A stretch of DNA of 64,000 nt, from NCBI RefSeq assembly GCF_009914755.1, contig NC_060940.1. One strand, given 5' to 3'. The stretch is from the human T2T-CHM13v2.0 reference genome, Homo sapiens. Every line of letters starts with the position of its first letter. Position 1 is the stretch's first letter. Below the pieces are notes generated by a model that made no database searches, was not told the origin of the DNA, and saw only the letters and a program-made list of their open reading frames with translations. Made by a program: the position numbers and the translations under genes. Shown in pieces: positions 1-10,853 of this stretch.

Positions 1-28
1 TGGGCAGCCCTCAGGTTGCAGGACCCTC

Positions 29-98
29 TGGATCTGTTTCCGGCTTGCACGGTGGGCCTTTCCAGCAGCTCCGGAATGCTCCCGATGAGCTCAGCTTC
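29..98 (-). pseudogene. TEKT4-like pseudo-exon 2
   Basis: Acceptor ctcctcatccag|GAAGCTGAGCTCATC (AG at 100-99). Encodes EAELIGSIPELLERPTVQA, with an apparent 1-nt deletion before CAG ATC. The donor looks mutated (GAGGGT), so the 3' boundary is approximate. Confidence 0.8.
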
Positions 99-1295
99 CT
101 GGATGAGGAGGCGCCCCTGAGCCCCAGACCCCGGAACCTGCCAAGGGTCCCAGGAGGCCCGGAGGCTGCAGGCCTTGGTCAGCACTAGCTTACTCGGGAG
201 GAGCAGAGTGTGGGGCCTGAGTCCTGGCTGGGTGTCCGGGCCAGGCCCCACTTGTTCGCCCTCAGGCCTTTCCCCTGGAAAGTGGCACACAAGCCCAGCT
301 CCCTCCTCGGTTTATTCCGGGCTTTTGGATGTTCTTGGTGGGTTGGAAGTGGGGTGCTTTCCTCCAGGGGCCTCTCCGGGCTGCTGGGAGGGTCCCCTCA
401 TGGTAGTTCCCACGCCCCAGGCTTTGGGGGTCATACCTGCCGTTCCCCGTGGTTCACCTCCCTGTTCCTGCACTGGGCAGGCAGGGCGAGCGAGGGCTGG
501 GCCCGGGGTCTCTGGGCTCAGGGCGGAGGGGTTAGCACGGGAACCACAGGAGTTCTTGAACCACTGAGGGGGTGCAGAGGAGGGGCCTGGGGAGGGGAAG
601 GAAAGGGGAAGGGAAGGCCTGGGGAGGAAGGAGGGATGCGAGGTCCTGAGCTCGGGGGTGCAGCAAGGGAACCCTGAGGCTCCTGCACCAGCTGCCCCCA
701 CCCACATATTTTGCTCATAGACCTAACAGTGCGTTCACAGGGAGGCCCCAGGCTCTGAGAGGTGGCAGAATTCTCCAGAGCGAGCACTGGGGCCAGGATT
801 GGTAACCCCCTCACCCTACGGGGCTGCTTCACGGACAGGTCGTGCTGGATTCGGAAGGGACAGAGCGTTCGGAGGAGAGGGCACTGGGGGTGCAAATCTT
901 TGAGGTCAGGGCTCCATACAGGATGAATGGGTACCAGTGGCCCCCAGCGCACTCTTCCTGTCCACACCTGCAGCACTGACCTGGGTTCCCAGCTCGGGAG
1001 CAGTTGTCCCAGCAAGAGATGCCTTTGGGGAGGTGCCCTGTGGCTCAGCCCCGGGAGCTCAGGGCTGAATGTGCCTGGACTCAAGGGGGCAGGAGGAGGG
1101 GAGGGGCCCAGAGGAGACACAGCTGCTTGCAAGCCAGGTGCCCCTTGGGGCAAAACCAGCTTCTGTGGTTAAGGGGCCAGATTTCGGGACTCAAGGGTCT
1201 TGTGTGCCTGTAGCAGCCACGTAGCTTGTCCACATGAACGGCCAGGCTGCTCCTCTCCGTGGCTGCACGTCCTGGCCACCCCGAGGCCGCAGCAC

Positions 1296-1810
1296 TTTCA
1301 GCAGCTCCGTCTCCACGTAGTCGCCCACGAGGTAAGGGTGCCAGCATTGCTCGTGGTACTGCAGGTTGTTGGTGGCGATGGAGAAGGGCACGGTCATGGT
1401 GTCCGAGGCATGACACAGCTGCGGCTCCGGGGCCAGCAGCAGGCGGGTCTCAGCGGCGGTGCTACCACCTCCCACTCAGGCTCCAACTTCCAGCCGCGCG
1501 TGTCCTACGGCTGCCGCCCACCCTGTGTGTGTGGAGTCCCTTTGTGTGCACTGTGCCGCGGCCTCGGTCTCCGCTGCCCACTGCTGGCTCTCATGCTGCT
1601 GCTATGCCAACGGTTCGAAGGTGATGGTGGCCGGCGTCATGGTTCTGGAGCCACTTGTCCAGCAGGTGCTAGGCCACTGGGAGCCAGCGGTGGCCAGGCT
1701 GGAGGACGTGCAGGCACCTGTGTTTCAGGCCACGTCGCACAGCTTTGGGGGACAACTGGAATGGTCTGTGGGGCCGGCTGCTTGGTCAGGAGCGTGTCCA
1801 TCTGTGCCAT
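1296..1810 (-). pseudogene. TEKT4-like pseudo-exon 1 (ATG at 1810)
   Basis: ATG in ACACC-ATG-G context. In-frame TGA at 1727-1725 where tektin-4 has Arg, plus several frameshifts. Ends CTG CTG AAA|GTGCTG with the donor GT at 1295-1294. Confidence 0.88.
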
Positions 1811-4800
1811 GGTGTCCACCAGGGCCGGGGGAGTGAGGGGTGGGGTCAGCCCAGCCAGGTCAGTGGGGAAGCTCCAGCCACTCAGTCCCAGAGCAGGATG
1901 CGGCTCCCAGTTGCCTGGTACACACCGACGGCCTCCATTACTGGGCACCAGGGATCCCCCCGAAGTGGCTGAGAGAGGCGGCATTCAGGGTGGGCAGAGC
2001 TGCCCCCCAGAGGCAGGGGGTATGGGCTGCTGGGGGTGGGGGTCCCTCTTAAAGGACCAGGCAGGCCCAGCCCTACGACCCCTGTCCCCGCCATGGCCCA
2101 AGCAGCAGTGGCCAAAGGTTCCTGTCACCTAGAGGATCCTGGGGCTGGCCGGTGCCCGGCTTCTGTGTTCCATGCTTGGGGGACAGGCCGTGGGTGGGAG
2201 GTGGCCTGCTGCCCTGACACCTGTGCCCCTTCCTTGGTTTACCCCCTGCTGTTCCTGTTTTGTTCTCTGATCCCTTTCCATGCTGAGCTCCAGACAGTGT
2301 GAACGGAAGGCTCTGCCCACCTGCAGTCCCCGCGGGGCAGAAGGCTGGGGCCGTGGGGGGCCTCGGGTGGGTGTTGGGACCCCTGACAGTGACGGTGATT
2401 CCCAGTATCTGCCACCCCGCGAGTGGCTTCCCTCCCTGTCCCCCGGGGCCCCAACACCAGCCTGATACCACACCAGGACCCCCAGGCCAGGCCCTGAGGG
2501 GCAGCCTGAGCCCCACGCACAGTCCCAGGGGACCCAAGACTGAGGCAGTTCCTGTGGAGACTCTGCCCACTCGGCTCCTGGGACCGCTACCCGAGAGCTG
2601 GGCACCCGCTTCCCTCCTCCTTCCGTGTCCCAGCCAGGGTCCCCCCCAGTCCTGTGCTGTGGAGGCCGCCCCCATGGCCCCCCAACCCCTGGGCCAAGCT
2701 GCCTGGCAGAGTCTGGATGGGCAAGGAGTGCCCCGCGCACCACGTGACCCCGTCCTGGGCCAGGGGAGTCCCAGCCCAGGCGCGATGCCCCCTGTGGCCA
2801 GCAGAGTGTGGTGTTGGCCGCGAGATGCCAGCGGCTCCCAGGCTCCGCTCAGCCAGCCTGGCCCATCCTGTTCTGGGGACCCCCCACCCCAGGCCCAGGT
2901 CCTCCCCAGCACAGGCCCCTGGGTCCCCACCCCCACCCCCTCCACCTCCACCTCCAATCCTTGCTCCGGCCACAGGAGCCCAGGCTTTTCCTGGGCCACC
3001 TCCCTCCCTGGCCATCTTCCTCTGGCATCCCCGCCCATGCCCCCACTGTGGCCCCGCCGTGCCCTCCCCCTGCCCATGCCCCCACTGCATCCCTGCCATG
3101 CCTTCTCCCAGCCCTGACTGACCTCTGACCCCTGGCCCTGACTGATGGGTGGCCGGATCCCCACTCACACACTGCTATGACCACGGTGAGCCCGGCCTGA
3201 CAGCCTCCCGATGGCGGACGTGGAGGCGTGCGCCGCACTCCCGGGCACACTGGAGGCTCCTCATGAAATGTGGGCTTTGGGGACAGCAGTGCCAGGACTG
3301 CAGGCTGACCCAGAACCGGCGGCAGTGGCCTGGGCCTCTTCTCACCGCCCTTCAAAGGTGGGATGTCAGGGAACCTTCCGGGACTGATGTGGCCTGAGGA
3401 CCGTCCTGGAGCCTCGCTGTGACTCGGTTTCCCCAGATGGCTGCAGGCTCGAGCCACACGGTGGCGGGGGGGGGCGCCCAGCTCCACATTTTGTCTTGAA
3501 CCTGCTTTCACTTGGCACCTCCCTGTGGGCTGAGCCGAGCGGAACTGCCCGTGTTTGTCCCCTGACCTGCAGACCCGGGGAACCAGTGGGACCACCCGGG
3601 CCGAGGAGGCGAATTCTGGGCTCTGCGACCTCTCAGCCTCTGCCTCCAGGTGCCCTGGGGTGCGGCGGGGGCACTGCCGCATCGAGCTCCCAGGCTGACG
3701 GGACACAGACTCACCCGTGACCGCAGTCGGCCCTGCAGGCTGACGGACAGGACTTGACTGAGTGCCTGTCTGAGACAGGGGGCTGGGCCCTTGACCCCTG
3801 CAGCCACAGAGCCCCGCAGCCCTCAGCCGGCTCAGGGGGTGAAGACACCCCAGGAAGAGCTCCTGGGTCAGAGCCGCCCGCTGTGTCCACTGTGTGGCCA
3901 GGCAGGCGGCCCCTCCCAGACCGTTTCCCTACCTGCTGGGAGTGGGGCAGCACCGGCCTGGGGGGCACGGCCTGAGGGAAGGACAGAGAGTGGCCGAAGC
4001 CCCCCACAGTCCCCCGCCCCACCTCGTGGGCCTCTGCACACATCCCCTTGGGCAGACACAGGGCCGGGGCCAGGACAGCCCCAGGAACGGGTGCCCCCAC
4101 CTCAGGGCAGCCCCCAACACTCACCTCTCTGGTCCACCAGCCAGAGAGTGGGACCCTCCACCTCACAGACCCCAGGGTCACGGTGTCCATTAGAGCACCT
4201 TGGTTGGGTACCAGAGGTGGGGAGGGCAGGGCCGAGGCCACCCGGGCAGTCGCCAGCCCAGGAGGCGGGACAGTTGTGTGACTAGCGTCCCTGTGACAGG
4301 GACGGTTGGGGCTGGGCTGGCGGACGAGCTGGAGGCCACAGAAGACACCTTGGACATGGGGTGGCCCCTGGGAGGCCCCTGAACCCCATCCTGATTTGCG
4401 GGGCAGTGACCCTGGCCCAGCCTGGGGCCTCAGGCTCCTCCCTGGAGATGGTGTGGCCGCCCTGGGCCTTCCCACACAGGGCTGGTGCAGTGGTCACCCT
4501 GGAATGGCTGTGACCCACACCGCATCGCCTCCCCCAGGACCCATGCCAGGCAGCATGAATAGGGCGGGCCCGGTGAGAAGCCCCTCCTGCTGGGTCCAGC
4601 CTCGCCCACCTCAGTGGCCTGAGGCCCCTTCCTCAGAGTGGCCAGTGGGGAGGTGGGCGCCCATCACTTCTGTGCAGCCTCGCCCCTCCAGCCACCGCCA
4701 AGCACACCCAAAGCAGCCTAGATGAGCCAAGGTCACCGGGATTCCATGGGGGAAGGGAGAGCAGAGACTCAGACCATCTGGCTTCCTCCGACCCCCGGCC

Positions 4801-6591
4801 ACACCCCCTCGCTCGCTCCCGCCTGGAATGACAGCTCGAGGAGCCCTCCCGGCCTCAGAGCAGGTGCCCTTGCCGGCTCAACAGGTGGCCTGGTCCTGCG
4901 CTTTCTCCCGGGGCCAACGGAACATTTTAATGACGGGGATTTGAGGCACCTCAGGCAGCCCTGAGGCTTCCCCCGGGGGTGAGTAGGGGCCGGTCACGGC
5001 AGAGCAAGAGGACTGGGTGCACAGGGTGGCAGTGCCCTGGGCGGGAGGGCTAGGGGGAAGATGAGGGACACCAACAGCCCAGCACATGGACAAGAGGCTG
5101 AGAGGGCAGGCTCTGGGAGGAGGCTCCGGAGGACTTCTTGGAGGAAGAGTCGGCCAGGCTGAGCCTCCATGAACACGGCCCCCCGAGGCTGTGGGAGGGG
5201 GTGAGGGACTGTAGAGGCGGCGTCTCCCTGGCGGCCCCAGACAGCTGAAACTCACCTTCCCTTGGGAAGTGTGGGGCCCCACAGAGACAGGGACACAGGG
5301 GCATGGACGAGGAGGTGAGGATGTGAGTGTGGTCAGGCGGGCAGGCAGTGAGGCTGCAGCTCGAAGTCCTGGCCTGCTGTCGAGGTGGGCACCGAGCCCA
5401 GTTCTCTGCGCTTGGCAAACTGGGCGGAGGGCGGGGCGGCCGACAGAGGCTGACGGCTCACTCCTGCTCAGCTCTCATCCTGTCCTCCCAGGCAGTGGGC
5501 AGAGCTGGGGACCCACGACCACGGACGCTTTTCCGTCTACCCTTGGCCTAGGGAGGCAAGGCTCTGACACTGCACGTGTGACTCAGTTTACCTGCCTGAA
5601 GGCCGGGGGCTGGGGGGCGGTGCAGGCAGCTGTGTGCCTCTCCAGGACTCAGGGCCCTTTGCTGGCCTTCAACAGCAGTTGGCATCCTGGCCCAGCACCC
5701 AAGACGCCCCCACCCACCGTGGTCTGGAGCTGCTAAGTGGAGTCTCTGAGGTCCATGGTATGGGCGGGGTCCAGACCCCAGCCTCTGAGGCTGCATGCAG
5801 GGCCCAGAGCTGTCACAGACTGTGCCCTGAGCTGCCCGCTGCAGAATGGAGACCAGGACAGTTCCTCCCTCCTGGGTGTTTGCGGGTGAAGCAGGAAGGT
5901 GTGCAGTTTCCTCCAGGGAAAGTCCTGGGCGTGCTTGGTGGAGGGAGAGGAGGCTGGGCACGCAGGGCCAGGTAGGGTGACGGTCCCACAGGCTCCCCAT
6001 CCGAGGTCCCCCCGGGGCTATGCTGGCTCCCTACCTGGGGAAGTCCCAGGCCGCGGGGACAAGCCCGACGCCGTCCCATTCACCTTCACCACCCACCCGG
6101 AACCGGCCTTCCAGATACGGCCGAGTTAAACCACGTTCAGAGGGAGCCATAAAACTCCAGGGTGAGATGAGATCACACGCTGATCCTGACTGCAGATCCC
6201 GACTGCAGCGGGAAGATAAATGTCTGAGTGTTGAAGGGATTGGAGGAATCGTTGGAAGCAAGATGGATGGTCTCATAGATATGAAAGTGACTTCACGAAG
6301 AAACTTCTGCCTGGTGGAACGGAGTGGGACAGAGAGGAAAGGGCAGGGGAACAGGGGCAGGGGGCTGAGGCCCAGGCAGGTTCTGCTGCAGCCCACGCCC
6401 ACCCGCCAGCACGCAGGGAAGCTTGACTTTCCTACCTCAGCTGTGCCAGCTGCCTGCAGTGCCTGGGCCTTCCATCCATAAGTCAGTGACAGTGAGGGCA
6501 TGGCCTGGGAGTGAAGGTAGACACAGAACAGTGCCCGACAGGCGGCAGGTGCCTGAGAAGCATTTGTTATCATCGTCACTATCATCACTGT

Positions 6592-6899
6592 TTTTTTGTT
6601 TTTTGGTTTTGTTTTTTTCTGAGATGGAGTCTTGTGCTGTCGCCCAGGCTGGAGTGTAGTGGTGTGATCTCAGCTCACTTCAATCTCCGCTTCCTGGGTT
6701 CAAACAATTCTCCTGCCTCGGCCTCCTGAGAAGCTGGGACTATAGGCGCCCACCATCACGCCTGGCTAATTTTTGTATTTTTAGTAGAGACAGGGTTTCA
6801 CCATGTTGGCCAGGCTAGTCTCGATCTCCGGATCTCATGATCCACCCGTTCAGCCTCCCAGAATGCTGGGATTCCAGGCGTGAGCCCCCGCTCGCGGCC
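6592..6899 (-). mobile_element. Alu (AluS-like)
   Basis: T-rich tail, then gagatggagtcttgtgctgtcgcccaggctggagtg...ctcccagaatgctgggattccaggcgtgagcc. Confidence 0.95.
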
Positions 6900-6904
6900 A
6901 CCGC

Positions 6905-7320
6905 TATGGTTTTATTCTGGTGTAAATCACGTAACAGAAACCTCACCGTTTTAACTGCCGTAAAGCGTGCAGTGTGGTGGCGTCTGGCACATTCGTAGCA
7001 CTGTGCAACCATCGCTGCCATCTGGTTCCAGAATCTTTCGTTGCCATCCCCAAAAGGAAGCCCTCAGCCCATGCGTGGTTACTCCCATCTCCCCAGATGC
7101 TGGGAACCGCAACTCACTGCTCTGAGCACAGTGTGGAAGAGGAGTCTCAAGCATGTGGTCCTCTGTGTCCCGCTCCGCCCTGATGTGGTGACTTGAGGCC
7201 GGTCCCCTCTCCTGGCTGAGTTGTGTTTGCACTGTGGAGACTGTGAGCTGCACTCTGGTAATCATGTCTGTGCACGTTTTTGTCTGAAGACCCGTTTTCA
7301 ACCCATTTGGGTATATCATT
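6905..7320 (-). mobile_element. Old L1 (L1M-type) 3' UTR fragment
   Basis: ttttattctggtgtaaatcacgtaacagaaacctcaccgttttaac...tgtgcaaccatcgctgccatctggttccagaatcttt resembles the antisense 3' end of L1MA/L1MB. Confidence 0.7.
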
Positions 7321-7324
7321 ATTA

Positions 7325-7603
7325 TTTTTTTGAGACAGGGTCTCACTCTGTGGCCCAGGCTGGAGCACACTGGTGCAATGGCGGCTCACTGCAGCCTCAA
7401 ACTCATAGTCTCAGGCGAGTCTCCCATCTCAGCCTCCCAAGTAGCTGGAACTACAGGCACCTGCCACCGCACTCAGCTAATTTTTATATATTTTGCAGAG
7501 ACAGGGTTGCCCAGGGTGGTCTCAGACTTCTGAGCTCAAGAGATCCACCCACCTTGGCCTCCTGAAGTTCTGGGATTACAGTCGTGAGCCACTACACTGG
7601 GCC
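7325..7603 (-). mobile_element. Alu (AluJ-like)
   Basis: gagacagggtctcactctgtggcccaggctggag...gagctcaagagatccacccaccttggcctcc. Confidence 0.92.
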
Positions 7604-7719
7604 AATTATTTTTAAAATCCTGCTAAAACCCACCTGAAAAGCCTTAAAGACCGTGACTTTCAAAACATGGGAATGGACCCCTGGCAACGTGAGAGGGCAA
7701 GCTCCGCCTTCCTGGTGTC

Positions 7720-8015
7720 TTTTTTTTTTTTTTTGAGACGGAGTCTTGCTCTGTCACCCAGGCTGGAGTGCAGTGACATGATCTCGGCTCACTTCAGCCT
7801 CCACCTCCCAGGTTCAAGCAATTCTCTGTTTCAGTCTCCTGAGTAGCTGAGATTACAGGCACCCACCACCACACCTGGCTAATTCTTTTGTATTTTTAGT
7901 AGAGACGGGGTTTCACCATCTTGGCCAGGTTGGTCTTGGACTCCTGACCTCATGATCCACCCACCTTGGCCTTACAAAGTGCTGGGATGACAGGCATGAG
8001 CCACCGTGCCCGGCC
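7720..8015 (-). mobile_element. Alu (AluS-like)
   Basis: polyT-gagacggagtcttgctctgtcacccaggctggagtgcagtg...gagccaccgtgcccggcc. Confidence 0.95.
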
Positions 8016-8900
8016 GGTCCTGCTTTCTAGAAAAAACTGTAGTGCGCGCTCCAGAGACGTAACCCGTTCCCACACCTGAGTGGGCAACTCTAGCCTTTGA
8101 ACACAGCCCTAGGAAATGACTGCAAATGAGGGGGAAGCTTTTTAAATACAAGGAAAAAGGCATTTGTACCAAGCTACATCGCAGTGAAATTATCATTGGA
8201 AAACAGTGGAAAGAGGCTGTGTGTCCCCCCACGGGTCAGGCGCAGTCCCAGGGAGGTCTAGACCCCAAGAGCAGAGAGGCCTACGGGAGGCACGGCTTGT
8301 GCCAGGAGGTGGGGTATGCGGCCACCAGGCACTCTAGTTACACAGCGATGGGCTGAAGGCTGTGCATCCCGCAGGGAGTGAGCCCTCCGACCCTGGAGGA
8401 GTTCAAGCAGCTGCTTGTCAGGATGCAGCGACAGGAGGGACACCGTTGCAGCCGATGCCCGAGACAGCCAGAGGCTGCCGGCATCCAGCAGCAGAGAGGC
8501 TGGGCCTGGAATGGACCCCCAGAAGCTGGCCAGAGGCCTGGCAGTTGGGAAAGGCTCGGTCGTCCTGGGGAGGGAGCAGCACCAGCGGAGGCCCCGCCTG
8601 GGTCTTCATCAGAGACACTCCAAGCTGGTGGGGGATTCCTGGGACAGTGTCACCCCCGGCAGGCCCCAGGTGCCCACCGCCCACCCGGCCACAGTGGGAG
8701 CAGCTCGGGTCAGGGAGGCCGGGCTGAATGCAAACCACTGCTGAGGAGACAAACGCGGCGCCACGAGCAGGTCAGGAGAGAACTCCCTCCCGCGGGCCGT
8801 CCGCGGACCCTGGCGTCAGCCAGCATGTCCTGAGCCACAGACGAGGCTGTCCCAGGTGTGAAAGAGGGTCTGTGCCTCCGAGTGGAGGCCGGTCCCACGC

Positions 8901-9135
8901 TGTGGACTGAGCTGCATCCCTCAGATGCATCTGTTTCAGCCCTAACCCCAGTGTGAGGGGACGTGGAGGTGGGGCCTCAGGGGTGATGAGGGTTAGATGA
9001 GGTCAGGAGGGAGGAGACGCAAACACAATTGGCCGGACCTTGATCTTAGACCCGCAGCCTCTAGAACCTGCAGAGAATGCTGGAGCTGCCCAGGGTGTGA
9101 TTCTTGTTACGTCTCCCCGAGCTGGCTGAGACATA
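8901..9135 (+). mobile_element. MaLR LTR fragment (MLT1-like)
   Basis: tgtggactgagctgcatccctc...ccctaaccccagtgtg...gggttagatgaggtca...ccttgatcttagacccgcagcctctagaac. Confidence 0.6.
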
Positions 9136-10164
9136 CAGCTCCACTCCACCGGCCTGTGCCCAGAGACCCCGGGGTACAGGAGGAGGACGCCGCAGAGGTG
9201 CGTGTTGATGAGTGGGTCGCACCAGGGTGGAGCCTCCTAGAAGGGCAGGGACGCACCATCCTTGGGGAGTGGCCTGGAGAGGCCTCGGGAAGGGGGTCCA
9301 GGGTGGCTGAGCCTCAGCCATCACCCCATGCCGTCCAGCCCTGCAAGCACATGCTGTGCCTTGGACCTGCCTTCTGACGGGGCCGGGGTGCCCGTGGGGT
9401 CCCAGTCCCCGTACGAGCATCTCACTTTCCCTTCCATGGTGCTGCTGGTGGCCGGGAGACCATATGTCCCAGCCATAGTGGCAGATGCTCTCCAGGCCGG
9501 CTAGGGGACACCGGCCCTCATGGCAGGTGAGGAGGCAGTGCACTGTTTTGGGGGCTCTGAAGCCCGGCCTGCCCGACTTGAAGTGTCCAGGGCCCACCAC
9601 CTCCTTCCTGGTTGAGGAGTTTCTGGGAGAATGGTCAAATCCCCAATGTATCAACTCAGCTTTATCTCCAAAACCTACCACTTCCCAGAGAACAAAATTA
9701 AAGAAGATTTCCCAGAGATTTGTCATCTGGCGGAGCAGGACCAGGGACAGGCTGATGTGGTGGAGGTGGTGGACACGCTCTCAGCCCCACTCCATCCCGG
9801 AGGCTCAGAGCCCACAGCAAGGACAACTCCTGGGTGAGCGGGTGCCAGGCAAGCAGCCCACACGCCGGGAGTCCCCAGGCTCCGAGATGTGCCCCTTCCC
9901 TCAGCACACAGATGAGGAATCTGAAGCTCCAGGAGGCCAGGTCATTTCCTCCCTGAGCCCCAGCAGCCAGCGGGTCTGCAACGTGGCCTCGAACCCAGAC
10001 ACCCCCGTGGGGGCTCACAGCTGTCCGAGGGCTGGCCACTCTCCCAGGAGCTGTGGCCGCGTCGTCCGGGGACCCAGCCCCAGGACAAGGTGGAGACAGC
10101 CCAGGGGGTCAGCGCTCACAAACCCCCCCACCCCGAGAAGATCCAGTGCCCGAGGCTGGAATAA

Positions 10165-10853
10165 CCTCAGCCCCACCCACTACCCTCACCCCACTCACCA
10201 GCCTCACCCCCACTCACCACCCTCACCCCCACTCACCACCCTCACCCCCACTCACCACCCTCACCCCCACTCACCACCCTCACTCCACTCACCACCCTCA
10301 CCCCCACTCACCAGCCTCACCCCACTCACCACCCTCACCCCACTCATCACCCTCACCCCCACTCACCACCCTCACCCCACTCACCACCCTCACCCCATTC
10401 ACCAGCCTCACCCCCACTCACCAGCCTCACCCCACTCACCACCCTCACCCCCACTCACCACCCTCACCCCACTCACCACCCTCACCCCACTCATCACCCT
10501 CACCCCCACTCACCACCCTCACTCCACTCACCACCCTCACCCCCACTCACCACCCTCACCCCACTCACCACCCTCACCCCACTCATCACCCTCACCCCCA
10601 CTCACCAGCCTCACCCCACTCACCACCCTCACCCCACTCATCACCCTCACCCCATTCACCAGCCTCACCCCCACTCACCAGCCTCACCCCACTCACCACC
10701 CTCACCCCACTCATCACCCTCACCCCCACTCACCACCCTCACCCCCACTCACCACCCTCACTCCACTCACCACCCTCACCCCATTCACCAGCCTCACCCC
10801 CACTCACCAGCCTCACCCCCACTCCACCAGCCTCAGCCCCACTCACCAGCCCT
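10165..10853. repeat. Minisatellite/VNTR, 18-19 bp unit CCCC(C)ACTCACCACCCTCA, about 37 copies
   Basis: Directly visible tandem array with variant units (ccagcc, catcacc, actcc, cattc). Confidence 0.97.

Larger units (their letters stand above)
29..1810 (-). pseudogene. Unprocessed tektin-4 (TEKT4-like) pseudogene: exon 1, intron 1 and exon 2; probably continues off the left edge
   Basis: Minus-strand translation across frameshifts gives MAQMDTLLTKQPAPQTIP...CDVA*NTGACTSSSLATAG...QQHESQQWAAETEAAAQCTQRDST...AAETRLLLAPEPQLCHASDTMTVPFSIATNNLQYHEQCWHPYLVGDYVETELLK, then after an intron EAELIGSIPELLERPTVQA. This is colinear with tektin-4 as I recall it (YDVARNTGAYTSSGLATA...AAETNLLLAQKQRLERALDATEVPFSITTDNLQCRERREHPNLVRDHVETELLK/EAELIRNIQELLKRTIMQA). 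Confidence 0.9.

Noticed and set aside
1200-2132. 310-aa plus-strand ORF
   Set aside because: Antisense shadow of the TEKT4-like pseudo-exon; the homology is on the minus strand.
10165-10853. Possible CRISPR-like or telomeric array
   Set aside because: No unique spacers, eukaryotic context, and the unit is not TTAGGG-derived; it is a minisatellite.
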